Part shown: positions 1 to 9,753 of the stretch, in pieces
Layout of the letters: every line of letters starts with the position of its first letter
How positions within the stretch are numbered: position 1 is the first letter of the stretch
Assembly: GCA_963802945.1 (NCBI GenBank)
Contig: CAWDKY010000030.1
Location: forward strand, 64,001 to 128,000
DNA length: 64,000 bases
DNA from: an uncultured delta proteobacterium
GTDB taxonomy: Bacteria; Desulfobacterota; RBG-13-43-22
Direction: 5' to 3'
Notes under the pieces: generated by a model
Databases searched by the model: none
What the model was told of the DNA's origin: nothing
Seen by the model: only the letters and a program-made list of their open reading frames with translations
Program-made: the position numbers and the translations under genes

Positions 1-684
1 ATCCAGGGCCACGGCATTGTCGGAAGCCAAAATCAGGCCGATGTCCCTGAGGTCCGGTGAGGCCGGACCGTTGCCTTCCATGCCGATCACTGCATCGACC
101 AGAAACAGGTCAGGAACCCTGAGCCGGAACACATCAACCAAAAGTTCATGGAATCTTTCTGGGCTGCCGGCCGCCTTGTGCAATTTGGCCTTCTGGGCTC
201 CTGGCAGAATCCCATAACTGTTTTTGATCGCACCTGTAACTACGGTTAAACCATGCGTCTTGAATTTAGGAACACTAATCATGATGTCGGCTTCTTCCAC
301 GGCCCGGGAAAGACTCACTTTGGTCATGAATTCGGCATTGAAGTCTCTTGTCACGGAATCATTTCCGATGTTGCGATAATGCCCTTTTGAGGCTTCCATC
401 AAGCCGGATTTCTGAAAAGAAAGCTCATTTTGCCCATAGCTGAACATTCCCGGATTATCTCCCACGACAAGGGAAGCGGGATTCAAACTCTCCACCTTTT
501 CCACTATGGCCCTTAGCACCGCCGGATGGGTGGTGATGTTTTCCTGAGGCTCGGAGCTTCGAAGTACGTTGGGTTTGATCAAGACCTTTTTCCCGGCAAT
601 TTCCAAAGAAAAAAGATTAAAGGCCTGGTCTACGGCCTGACGACAATTCTCATAAGTGGCTGGATGTATCATGACTCTGAACAT
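1..684 (-). CDS. DUF362 domain protein (5' part; runs off window edge)
   Basis: Manual translation from ATG 684 (GGAGG RBS): MFRVMIHPATYENCRQAV..VLIKPNVL..ITTHP..VPKFKTHGLTVVTGAIKNSYG..VDAVIGMEGNGP..ASDNAVALD, typical DUF362 motifs; absent from ORF track. Confidence 0.85.
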   Translation of the reverse strand, partial: MFRVMIHPATYENCRQAVDQAFNLFSLEIAGKKVLIKPNVLRSSEPQENITTHPAVLRAIVEKVESLNPASLVVGDNPGMFSYGQNELSFQKSGLMEASKGHYRNIGNDSVTRDFNAEFMTKVSLSRAVEEADIMISVPKFKTHGLTVVTGAIKNSYGILPGAQKAKLHKAAGSPERFHELLVDVFRLRVPDLFLVDAVIGMEGNGPASPDLRDIGLILASDNAVALD

Positions 685-731
685 AGATGTTCCTCCATTT
701 TTTTAGGGTGCCATAAAACTTTTTGGGCAGT

Positions 732-2097
732 CTATTTATGTATCTCACTTAGGACCTCTTGTTTCAACGACTGCAAATAAATCCGCGTAAAAGCGCCGGC
801 GGAACGCATCTGTTTTTCTATAATGCGGTTATATTTCCGGACATCTTTTTCCGGGGCATTGGCAATGATTTTATGGGCATCGTAATCCCCTTCCTCACTG
901 ATCTTTTCAATGTCCGTGTAGAGCTTCCGATCGGTAATGATAGCTTTTAAAAGCGAAGGGAAGCTCTTGGCCGCGGCATGTGATTCTTTGGCCGCCACCC
1001 GGCTCAGGAAATGATCAAAATAAGCGGGATAAGTTTTGTCGATGGAAGTATCCGCCAGAGTCTTGAACAAGACGTTACCTTCATCGTGCTTCAGGAAGGC
1101 ATCGCGGAGCTCCTCGTTAAGGAGTTTTTCAATCAGGATATGGGCTCTGGACACCTCACTGACAGCCGATGATTTTGGTCCATGGATGCCAATCAGATCC
1201 AGTACAGCCAATGAGAGCATGGTCACGGCCCTTCGGCCGGGCGTCATGGTGGTATGATAGGGCATGGTCATGTCCTGCAAATAATGCAAGCCCCAGCCGG
1301 CAAACCGGTATCCCCAATAGGGATGGCCGGTCTGAAAAGCCAGTTTGGCCAGGGAACGATACTAGATGCACCCTTTGTTCCGTAAAAGTCTTTTGAAAAC
1401 TCGGGTCAGCCTTATAGATAATCTTGGATTCATAATAAAAGCCCATATGAAAAGGCGCCTGTGTCCCATAGGAAAGCTTCGGATTTCCGAAAGGCTGCTT
1501 CCCGTAACCGTATTCTTTGCCGAAAGGTGTGTTATTATCCTCCCAGAGGCCAATGTCCAATCCGTTATCCGGTTCGTCGGAAGCGGAAGAAACCACATCC
1601 AGGGCGTTTATTTTTTCTCCTGGTGTCAGAGGAATATAGATCATATTCTGAAAGTCATTGGCCAGAACGCTTATAGCAGACCAGGGCAGCGGTTTTTTGG
1701 AAGGGGCCGGGGTGCCGGCGGGGGTGCCGGGAAGGACCATGACGAATAAAGGGATTTTCATGTCCGGATTTAGCCGCATCGCCTTTAGAAACCGGAGGCG
1801 AAGGTTGGTTTCTTTACTGTTGATAAAATTCAGCGACTGAGGCATGGGCGGATAGGCTTTGACGTTAGAGATAGCCCAGATTTCTTCTGATTTCAGTAAT
1901 GCACCGATTTTATCTTTTTCTTTGGATAAGAACGATTCCAGCGGTTCGGCGGCCACCTTTACCTGATAATCCGTTTGACCCTTAAGGGCAGAATAAGTCA
2001 AATAGACATGATTGCTCCAGGCATAGGAGGAAAGCGGCAACATCGTTAGAAAATACACCATCATTCCCGGAATTTTTAAATAGTTTTTAATAAGCAT
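732..2097 (-). CDS. Secreted zinc-dependent phospholipase C / S1-P1 nuclease-fold protein, one frameshift near 1362
   Basis: Signal peptide then mature N-terminus WSNH; DEPD; GWGLHYLQDMTMPYH; ORFs 1156..2097 and 732..1289 join by removing one base. Confidence 0.7.
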
Positions 2098-2324
2098 GGC
2101 CTTTCTTCCTGTAAAGATTGGATAGGCTTATTCTACAAATCAGAAAGGAAAAAGCAAGGGTTCTTTTTGTTCCAAGACGTTGCCTGCCTTTGTCTCAGGT
2201 TAAAATATTGTTCGATTATTGACATCCTTCAGGAGCTGTCTTAGTATATTTCTATAGGTTGACAGAAAGAGGAATTGTGGGCATTATTTCCAACAACATG
2301 AGGATATAAAAAAGGACGGCTGAT

Positions 2325-2891
2325 ATGGCAGATAAAGATAACGGAAAAATTAAAATACTCGGTTTTGCCGGAAGTCTCAGGAAAGGGTCCTTTAACAAAA
2401 TGCTTTTGCGGGCTGCTGTTGAGGTTGCCCCGGAAGAAGTGGAGCTGGAAGTATTCGACCTTGAAGGTATTCCCTTGTTCAATCAAGACCTGGAGAAAAG
2501 GCCTCATGAGAAATTAAAGGAATTTAAAGTAAAAATAAAAGCAGCGGATGGGCTCCTTATTGTGACGCCGGAATATAATTATTCTGTTCCCGGTGTTCTG
2601 AAAAATGCCATCGACGCCGCCTCAAGACCTTATGGTACAAGCCCTTTTGAAGAAAAACCCGTTGCCATCATGGGCGCTTCAATCGGAATGCTTGGTACGG
2701 CCAGGGCCCAGTATCACCTGAGGCAGACCATGGTCATCCTTAATGCCTTCCCTCTGAACCGCCCGGAGATTATGGTGACTTTCGCCGAAAAGAAATTTGA
2801 TGCCACGGGCAGGCTTATCGATGAAATGACAAGGGAGAAAGTAAAGGAACTTCTTGTTGGGCTGGTAAGGTGGATTAAAAGGCTGGCCTGA
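2325..2891 (+). CDS. NAD(P)H-dependent FMN reductase (ChrR/SsuE-like)
   Basis: GSLRKGSFN and TPEYNYSVPGVLKNAID motifs. Confidence 0.92.
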   Translation: MADKDNGKIKILGFAGSLRKGSFNKMLLRAAVEVAPEEVELEVFDLEGIPLFNQDLEKRPHEKLKEFKVKIKAADGLLIVTPEYNYSVPGVLKNAIDAASRPYGTSPFEEKPVAIMGASIGMLGTARAQYHLRQTMVILNAFPLNRPEIMVTFAEKKFDATGRLIDEMTREKVKELLVGLVRWIKRLA

Positions 2892-2896
2892 TCAGA

Positions 2897-3080
2897 TTTG
2901 ACGGCTTCGTAAAAAATCGGAAGAACCGTCACCCTCGCCCCGCATCAAGTGCGGGATAGACTCCAGCGGGGGTCCAGACACCGTCCCTGCGAAGGTAGGG
3001 AACCAAACAAAATTCCCTGGATTCCCGTTTTCACGGGAATGACAAAAATGGATCATTGATGATTTTTTGCGAGTTCATTA
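2897..3080. repeat. REP-like composite palindromic element, copy 1
   Basis: Outer imperfect IR plus inner hairpins; 30-bp core GCCCCGCATCAAGTGCGGGATAGACTCCAG (2937-2966) recurs exactly, inverted, at 31254-31283. Confidence 0.75.
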
Positions 3081-3127
3081 GGTTTGGTTTTCCTTTTTTT
3101 CGATCAATTTTTATTCATCTTCGAAGA

Positions 3128-3925
3128 TCAATCACCGTGTAGGTAATCCCCGATTTTTCTCATACGCTCCATCTCTGATTGGCTTAACGGACCCATTTCC
3201 AGGGTCTTCAAGGCCTCTTTCATTTGGGCCTCATCTTTCGGCCCGCAGAGGCAGACATCGACGGCCTGATTGGAAAGGGAAAACCGATAACATGCGCTGG
3301 CCGATGGAGGGACCTCCCCCGGCGGCATCTTCTTGGGGTTCAGAAGCCGTCCCCAGCGTGTGGCCGTGTAGGTAACAATGCCTGGCCTCCCAACCAACGG
3401 TAAAAAAGGAAAGGTTTCCTGTTCAGCCCCCCGGTGGGCCGCGTTGTAACGGACATGGAAAAGGTCGAAAAGACCTTCCTTGGCCAATTCCGGAAAAAGC
3501 TTCCGGTTATGACCGGAAACGGCCAGAAAGCGAAAGAGGCCCTTTTCTTTCATAGCCATGGCTTTGTCTAAAAGTTTCTCTCCAGGCCGTTGGTTGTGCC
3601 ATCCCATAAGCAGAATATCCACATGATCCAAGCCCAAGGTCCGGAGAGCTTTCTCGAAGAACGACTCCATGAGATGGGCTGAACGGGAGTAGCTTTGGAC
3701 GAGGATGACCAGTTCGTCTCTCTTTCCTTGGGCACAAATATTCTTGATGGCCTCTCTCATGTTTGACTTGCGCCTCGAACCCCAGTAAAAATAATTGCAC
3801 CCCTTATCAAAAGCCTCTTCAAAAGCCATGGCTGGGGCACCATAGCTGGCCGCCACACCGAGACGACCTACCTTTAAGCCGGTTCGGCCGAGAATGGTTG
3901 CTTGTATGAAATCCATGGTCTCCAT
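3128..3925 (-). CDS. Aldo/keto reductase family protein
   Basis: LGRTGLKVGRLG start, LRTLGLDHVDILL, RFLAVSGH, RYNAAHR; start placed at ATG 3925. Confidence 0.8.
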   Translation of the reverse strand: METMDFIQATILGRTGLKVGRLGVAASYGAPAMAFEEAFDKGCNYFYWGSRRKSNMREAIKNICAQGKRDELVILVQSYSRSAHLMESFFEKALRTLGLDHVDILLMGWHNQRPGEKLLDKAMAMKEKGLFRFLAVSGHNRKLFPELAKEGLFDLFHVRYNAAHRGAEQETFPFLPLVGRPGIVTYTATRWGRLLNPKKMPPGEVPPSASACYRFSLSNQAVDVCLCGPKDEAQMKEALKTLEMGPLSQSEMERMRKIGDYLHGD

Positions 3926-4288
3926 GATGAAATATTCCTTTCTTGGCAAACCTTCATGCCCGCGTCTTTTCTGCCCTGGTCAGGGCTTCCTTCACCCGCT
4001 CCCGGGTCATTGGCAGATCAAAGATTAGAAATATTTTGACACCAATGTGAGTCGAAAGCAAGGGCCTGCCCGACGACAGAGGATTGGATCACCGGAAGGT
4101 TCGACTAATCCTCTCTTCAGCTTGTCACTTTAAAAAATCTGCTCCACATTGCTTCCTGGAGGTATAATAAAACCTCATCACCTTGAGCGGTCACTTTTTG
4201 TTTCCGACCGAGAGACAGTTCAAAGGATTTAATCTTGGTATTCTGGCGTGAAAGTTCGATCACCTCGGCAGTTATTTTCGAAATTTGA

Positions 4289-6172
4289 TCATAAGCCGTC
4301 CTGGCTTTCTGTGCTGTTTGTTTTTACACCAGGATTAGCTTCTCTTTTAAAATATTGGATATCGAATTCAAAATTCGGAAAAAGCCGCGGAAGTCTCATC
4401 AGGTTAAAGACCATCACCCCAATAGACATCCGCTCAAACCATGAAGACAAGGGCCAACCCAAATGAACCACCACTTGGCGATCGGCCATTTCATATTCCA
4501 CTACCCGGAGTATGGACACCAGGCGATGAAACAGGCTGATTTTAGATAAAGGAAACCGAAATTGGTTGGGCACAACCTTTGAGGGAAGCCCTCCGATCCG
4601 AGGGGAATAAAAAGTAATATAAGCTTCATTATCTTTAGGCTGGGCCATATCGGTTTCCTCGGACCTCCTGAAAAAAAGATGAATCTCCCGTTCCTCGGAT
4701 TCGGCCAGATAAAGAATCATCTCCATTTCATTTTCCCCTTGTTCTATCTCTTTGATCTCCGGAGATCGCTTCTTGCCCACCCAAAATCCCAAAAGAAGCA
4801 TCACACCCGTTACCGTGCCCCAAAGCATGGTTGCATGGGGTTTAGCAATGGCCAAGGTAATAAAACAACTGACCAGAATAACCCAGAGGATAAGGGTGCC
4901 GAGACGGCTGGTGGAATAGGTGATCCCTTCCTCTTTGCCTCTAAAATATCGGTAAATGATCAGGGAACCCATGTTAATGCAAAAGGAGGCCAGAAGCCCC
5001 AAGGCATACATGTTGGCCAATTCCGCCTGACTCCCCATTGTAAAAAAGATGATAATAGAAAAAAAGGTGGCACTGGACAAATGAATACGGTACAGAGCTT
5101 GCCTTCGATTAGTGGCAATAAGCCAATGAAAGTCGTATCGGTGGGCCACCCGTTCCATCAACTCGCTGGAAGCCACAAAGGCGGTATTGACGGCCATGGT
5201 CAAAGTAAAACTGGCCAAGGCCCCAACGATAAAACCAAAAGGGACCCCGTTGAGCAGGGTGGCATAATAGGTGATCAGGTCCCCTTCATGGGCCTTAAAA
5301 TCGATCCGGGCGGATAAAGCCAGGGTAGCCACCAGAGGGGTCACCACCCCCACGGTCAAGGCCAAAAACCAATAGGCCTTGCGGATTTCTTTCCAGGTCC
5401 TCACAAATCCCGCGGTTTGGAGGACCGATTCCACCCCGGAGTAGGCCAAAATACAAAAAGCAATACTCGTAATGAAATGGCTGTAGTTTTCCGCAATCGA
5501 TCCTCTGGTGACATTATTTATCGCCTGGGTCGTCGCCAAATGCATTTGTCCTAAAGATTCATGGTTCAGGTTTAAGAGACCGGAGGCGATCAGGTTGAGC
5601 ATGACGAAAACAGCACCGACAAAAATCATGAAAGTAAAGCGGGCATTTTCCCTGATCCCCATAATATTTAAGCCGGCAACGGCCCAGATAATGGCCAACA
5701 CGGTGATTATGGAAGTCTGTTGAGACAGTGGGAAAAAAGAAGTGGCATTCGACACCGCACTGACTGCCGACATACAGGCGGTCAGGATGTAATCGACCAT
5801 AATCGAAGATACGGCCACGAAGGACATCATGGGGCCTAAGACCAAGTAAGAAAAGGAATAGACTCCGCCGCCGATGAGATGATGATGCTCGAGGACTTCA
5901 GCAATCTCTGTCAGCCGAGTACTGATAAAGCGGACCAGTAAACTGGTAAGGGCAATAAAGATAATGGCGCTCAAGCTGATAAAACGAAAGGCTTCAGCGG
6001 GGGCGTAAAAGATGGAGGTAAACTCATCCATTAAAGTGATGACGCCTACTGCTAAATAGGTCAGCCAAATCCGCCCCCCCTGGCTATAAGAGAGTAGATT
6101 CCGCTGCCGAAACAGATAAATAAAAAGTATAATCAAACCGCTATTGAGCACGAGAAGGATAAGGGGCTTCAT
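4289..6172 (-). CDS. APC-superfamily permease, KimA/YdaO-like K+ transporter
   Basis: 12+ TM helices; MDEFTSIFY (D-x6-Y), DYILT and SGVES match KimA K+/H+ site motifs; cytoplasmic C-terminal domain; sits under a c-di-AMP riboswitch. Confidence 0.75.
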   Translation of the reverse strand: MKPLILLVLNSGLIILFIYLFRQRNLLSYSQGGRIWLTYLAVGVITLMDEFTSIFYAPAEAFRFISLSAIIFIALTSLLVRFISTRLTEIAEVLEHHHLIGGGVYSFSYLVLGPMMSFVAVSSIMVDYILTACMSAVSAVSNATSFFPLSQQTSIITVLAIIWAVAGLNIMGIRENARFTFMIFVGAVFVMLNLIASGLLNLNHESLGQMHLATTQAINNVTRGSIAENYSHFITSIAFCILAYSGVESVLQTAGFVRTWKEIRKAYWFLALTVGVVTPLVATLALSARIDFKAHEGDLITYYATLLNGVPFGFIVGALASFTLTMAVNTAFVASSELMERVAHRYDFHWLIATNRRQALYRIHLSSATFFSIIIFFTMGSQAELANMYALGLLASFCINMGSLIIYRYFRGKEEGITYSTSRLGTLILWVILVSCFITLAIAKPHATMLWGTVTGVMLLLGFWVGKKRSPEIKEIEQGENEMEMILYLAESEEREIHLFFRRSEETDMAQPKDNEAYITFYSPRIGGLPSKVVPNQFRFPLSKISLFHRLVSILRVVEYEMADRQVVVHLGWPLSSWFERMSIGVMVFNLMRLPRLFPNFEFDIQYFKREANPGVKTNSTESQDGL

Positions 6173-6348
6173 TTTATTGCCTTAAATAACAGCCAAGGGA
6201 ATATTAAAGATGGAAGAAGTTTTGAATGGTTTGAAAAAAGAACTGGAGCAGACCAATGGACTTCCTGAAGTTCACTCAAGTATTCCACGCCCTTTTCGGC
6301 CCACTGAAGGTTGTCGTCCACAGACGACCAAAAGCAGACGTTCGACAT
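6169..6348 (-). CDS. Putative 59-aa leader ORF overlapping the permease start (ATGA)
   Basis: AAGGGGG RBS, ATG 6348, open for 59 codons (MSNVCFWSSVDDNLQWAEKG..LLFKAIK), TGA overlaps the ATG of the permease. Confidence 0.45.
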   Translation of the reverse strand: MSNVCFWSSVDDNLQWAEKGVEYLSELQEVHWSAPVLFSNHSKLLPSLIFPWLLFKAIK

Positions 6349-6349
6349 A

Positions 6350-6480
6350 TCCCCCTTTACGCTACGAGGTTAGCTGACGGGCTCGGGCAGGAGGCAACTT
6401 GCCCTACCGCACAACGGATTCGCCCCGAATGATCGGGTCCCCCGCTTCTCTGGTTTAATACCTGAGAACTCGCTGGTCGG
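6350..6480 (-). ncRNA. c-di-AMP riboswitch (ydaO/yuaA class)
   Basis: Minus strand reads AGCGGGGGACCC..GGGGCGAATC..TAGGG..CCCGAGCCCGTCAGCTAACCTCGTAGCG, the conserved blocks of this class in order. Confidence 0.92.
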
Positions 6481-6671
6481 CCTTATACCCAGCCGATGCG
6501 GGGTAATTTAAACCTTTCTTAAGGGAAGTCAATAAAAAAAATAGTGTAATCTATATGAGTTGGGCTTTAAAATTTTGATCGGTCTACCCCTGGAAATTTG
6601 CACTCCGAGCTAACCTGTGTTACTATTAAACAAATAGGGAAATCAATTCGTTAGTTCAAAAGGATTTATCA

Positions 6672-7991
6672 ATGGGATTTTTAGTAGCCATAGTCGGTGC
6701 GCCTAATGTGGGCAAGTCAACGCTTTTCAACCGCCTGATTGGAAGGCGCAAAGCCATTGTGGACGATCAGCCGGGAGTCACCCGGGACCGGAATTACCAG
6801 GAAGTGATCTGGGAAGGGAAAAAATTTTCTCTGGTGGATACCGGCGGATTTGAGTGGGATAAAAAAAGCCTGATGGATAAAGGCTTAAGAGAGCAAATCG
6901 AAATGGCCCTGGAAGAGGCCGACCTGATTGTCTTTTTGGGAGACGGACAAAAAGGTCTGGCCCCGGCCGACGAACAGGTCATCCGGCGTCTAAGAAAGAC
7001 TTCCAGGCCGGTCCTCTATGCAGTGAATAAAATAGATAATCCCAAATTAAAGGAAGACCTGGTCGAATATTATCGTCTTGGCCTCGAGGCCGTCCTTCCT
7101 GTCTCGGCCCTGCATGGAATGGGCATCCAGGCCTTGAAAGAAGCCATCATCGCCCATTTGCCTGCTATGGTTGAATTCGCCGAAGAAGATCGTCGTGTCC
7201 GTCTGGCCGTTATCGGTCGGCCGAATGTGGGCAAGTCTTCTCTGATCAATTCCATCCTGGGTTTTGAACGGGTTCTGGTCGGTTCCGAACCGGGGACGAC
7301 CCGGGATGCCATTGATACCCCCTTTGACTACAAAGGCCAGGGATATCTTCTGATCGATACGGCCGGGATCCGGCGGAAGGCCCGGATTGCCCAGCGGCTG
7401 GAAAAATTTTCCGTTCTCGAGGCCATCAAAGGGATCGATCAATGCGATCTGGCCGTCATACTTTTGGATGCCGTCCAGGGGGTGACCGATCAGGATGCCC
7501 GGATAGCCGGGCTGGCCTTTGAAAAGGGCAAGGGTTGTATTATCGGAGTGAACAAATGGGACCTGATTGAAAAGAACATTAAAAACAAAAAACAATTTCT
7601 GGAAGACATCCGTTACCACCTCAAATATCTTTCCTTTGCCCCGATCCTCCCCATCTCAGCTCAAACCGGGTTGGGACGAGAAAAACTTTTGAATACCATC
7701 CATCAGGTTTATCGGCAATACACCCGGCGCATTGACACCGGCCCCTTGAACCAGGCCTTGAAAACTATATTGTCCGGGCACTCCCTGCCTTTACGAGGTG
7801 GTCAGCGGGTCAAGATTTACTTTGCCACCCAGGTGGAAATCAAACCGCCCACTTTTATCTTTTTTGCCAATTATCCGGAAAACATCCATTTCTCCTACCA
7901 GCGCTATATGACCAATAAGCTTCGGGAGGTTTTTAAATTTAACAACTGCCCAATCAAGATTATTTTTCGAAAGAGGGAAAAGAGGGCTTAA
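6672..7991 (+). CDS. der: Ribosome biogenesis GTPase Der (EngA)
   Basis: Two tandem GTPase domains (GAPNVGKS/DTGG/NKID; GRPNVGKS/DTAG/NKWD) plus KH-like C-terminus. Confidence 0.97.
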   Translation: MGFLVAIVGAPNVGKSTLFNRLIGRRKAIVDDQPGVTRDRNYQEVIWEGKKFSLVDTGGFEWDKKSLMDKGLREQIEMALEEADLIVFLGDGQKGLAPADEQVIRRLRKTSRPVLYAVNKIDNPKLKEDLVEYYRLGLEAVLPVSALHGMGIQALKEAIIAHLPAMVEFAEEDRRVRLAVIGRPNVGKSSLINSILGFERVLVGSEPGTTRDAIDTPFDYKGQGYLLIDTAGIRRKARIAQRLEKFSVLEAIKGIDQCDLAVILLDAVQGVTDQDARIAGLAFEKGKGCIIGVNKWDLIEKNIKNKKQFLEDIRYHLKYLSFAPILPISAQTGLGREKLLNTIHQVYRQYTRRIDTGPLNQALKTILSGHSLPLRGGQRVKIYFATQVEIKPPTFIFFANYPENIHFSYQRYMTNKLREVFKFNNCPIKIIFRKREKRA

Positions 7992-9329
7992 TGCAATCTT
8001 TACAAATTCTGGTTGTGGATGATGAGGTCAATATCCGTAAGACTTTATCGGTTTGCTTGGAGACCGAAGGCCACAAGGTTTTCGGTGTAAGCAATTTTCA
8101 GGATGCCCTGATTGAAGCCTCACACCGGTCTTTTGATCTGGCCTTTGTGGATTTGCGTCTCGGCACGGAGGACGGCCTCGATCTGATTCCGTCGTTACTG
8201 GCTGCATCGCCCTGGATCAAAATCATCGTCATCACAGCCTATGCCTCCATTGATACGGCCGTGGAGGCCATGCGACGCGGCGCTACGGACTATATTCCAA
8301 AACCTTTCACGCCCACCCAGGTAAAGCTGGCCGTCCAAAAAATGTTCCAAATACGCACCCTGGAACAGAAAGTGGCCGCCTTGCAGGAAGACCTGGGACG
8401 CTCCAACCCCGAGATAAAATTAGATAGTACCAGCCCGGTGATGCAGCGGGCGGTCAATCTGGCCCGGCAGGCTGCCCCTTCCGAGGCCACGATTCTTCTG
8501 CGTGGAGAAAGTGGAACCGGCAAGACCGTTCTGGCCAAGGCCATTCATGCCTGGAGCAACCGGGCGGCAAAACCCCTCGGCATCATTTCCTGCCCATCTT
8601 TTTCCTCGGAGTTGCTCGAAAGCGAGCTTATTCGGGCATGTCAAAGGGGCCTTCACCGGAGCCGTCCGTGACAACCCAGGTCGTATTGCCGCTTGCCAGG
8701 GCGGGACACTTCTTCTGGACGAGATCGGTGATTTGCCCTTGTCCCTTCAACCCAAGTTGCTGCGTTTTATCCAGGAAAGGGAATATGAACGGGTTGGGGA
8801 CTCTACCACTCGAAAAGCCGACGTGCGTCTTATTACAGCCACCAATTGGGATTTGGAAAAAGCGGTCAAGGAGGGCCGTTTTCGAGAAGATCTCTTTTTT
8901 CGACTCAATGTGATTCAGATCGAAATCCCTCCCTTGCGGGATCGTCCGGATGATGTGATTGCCATTGCCGAACAATTACTGATTTTCTATGGCCGGAGCA
9001 ATCATCGCTCTTTTTTAGGTTTTACTCCGGAAGCACTTCTTGCACTCAGGCAATACCCCTGGCCGGGCAATGTCCGGGAATTAAGCAATGTTATTGAGCG
9101 GGCGGCTATTTTTTGCCGAACCGAGCGTGTCGGTATCGAATGCCTTCCCGGAAACCTACTCCCGAACGAATCCCTGCCGACTATCGGTGATCCGTTTCCC
9201 CTGGAAAAAATCGAGGAACAACATATCCGAAGAATTCTGGCCTCCACCAAATCACTTCAGGAAGCCGCCGACATCCTGGGTATCGATCAAGCCACCCTCT
9301 GGCGTCGCCGTAAAAAATACGGAATCTGA
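7991..9329 (+). CDS. Sigma54-dependent response regulator (NtrC/AlgB-like), one frameshift near 8630
   Basis: REC domain, GESGTGKT, ESEL-FGHVKGAFTGA across the frameshift, LLLDEIG, WPGNVREL, Fis-type HTH. Confidence 0.9.
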
Positions 9330-9419
9330 AAACCTGAGTCCCTTATTCTTGTAGGTTTGTCCAACCTATCGTAATATAGAGTGCCGTCGATACTTTCTTC
9401 TGGGTTTCATTCATGTTCT

Positions 9420-9549
9420 CAATAGCTGCTGAGGCTACTTTGGCTTTAAATTCGGGTGAGTGTTGTCGCTTTTTCTTGCTTATAGCTAGTTTCTTCCTTT
9501 GGTCTAACTCAAGGCTTATCAAATTGTCCAATTTTTGGAGATCACCTCA
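9420..9549 (-). mobile_element. IS3-family remnant (left end plus start of orfA)
   Basis: Minus strand starts TGAGGTGATCTCCAAAAATTGGACA (IS3-type IR), followed by KKRQHSPEFKAKVASAA, then breaks off. Confidence 0.6.
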
Positions 9550-9630
9550 ATTTAAATCTTTTAAAGTTAAAAGAAAAATATAAAAAAACCTTCCACCTTT
9601 ATATCTCAGCCCTCTTTATCCGACCCCCTT

Positions 9631-9699
9631 GAGATCATCCTGGTTGGAAACCCCAATGTGGGAAAAAGTGCGATCTTCAATTATCTGACCGGGGCCTAG
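9631..9699 (+). pseudogene. Fragment of a second FeoB-type GTPase N-terminus
   Basis: Translates EIILVGNPNVGKSAIFNYLTGA then TAG. Confidence 0.6.
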
Positions 9700-9753
9700 T
9701 AGAATCGGAATTGAATAAAAAAGGGGCGCTGGTTTCGCTGGATTGGAGATAAT

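Noticed and set aside
8600-8660. Programmed frameshifting in the regulator, kdpC or znuB-like gene
   Set aside because: No slippery heptamer with a downstream structure; indels fall inside conserved motifs and are widespread, so assembly error is more likely.
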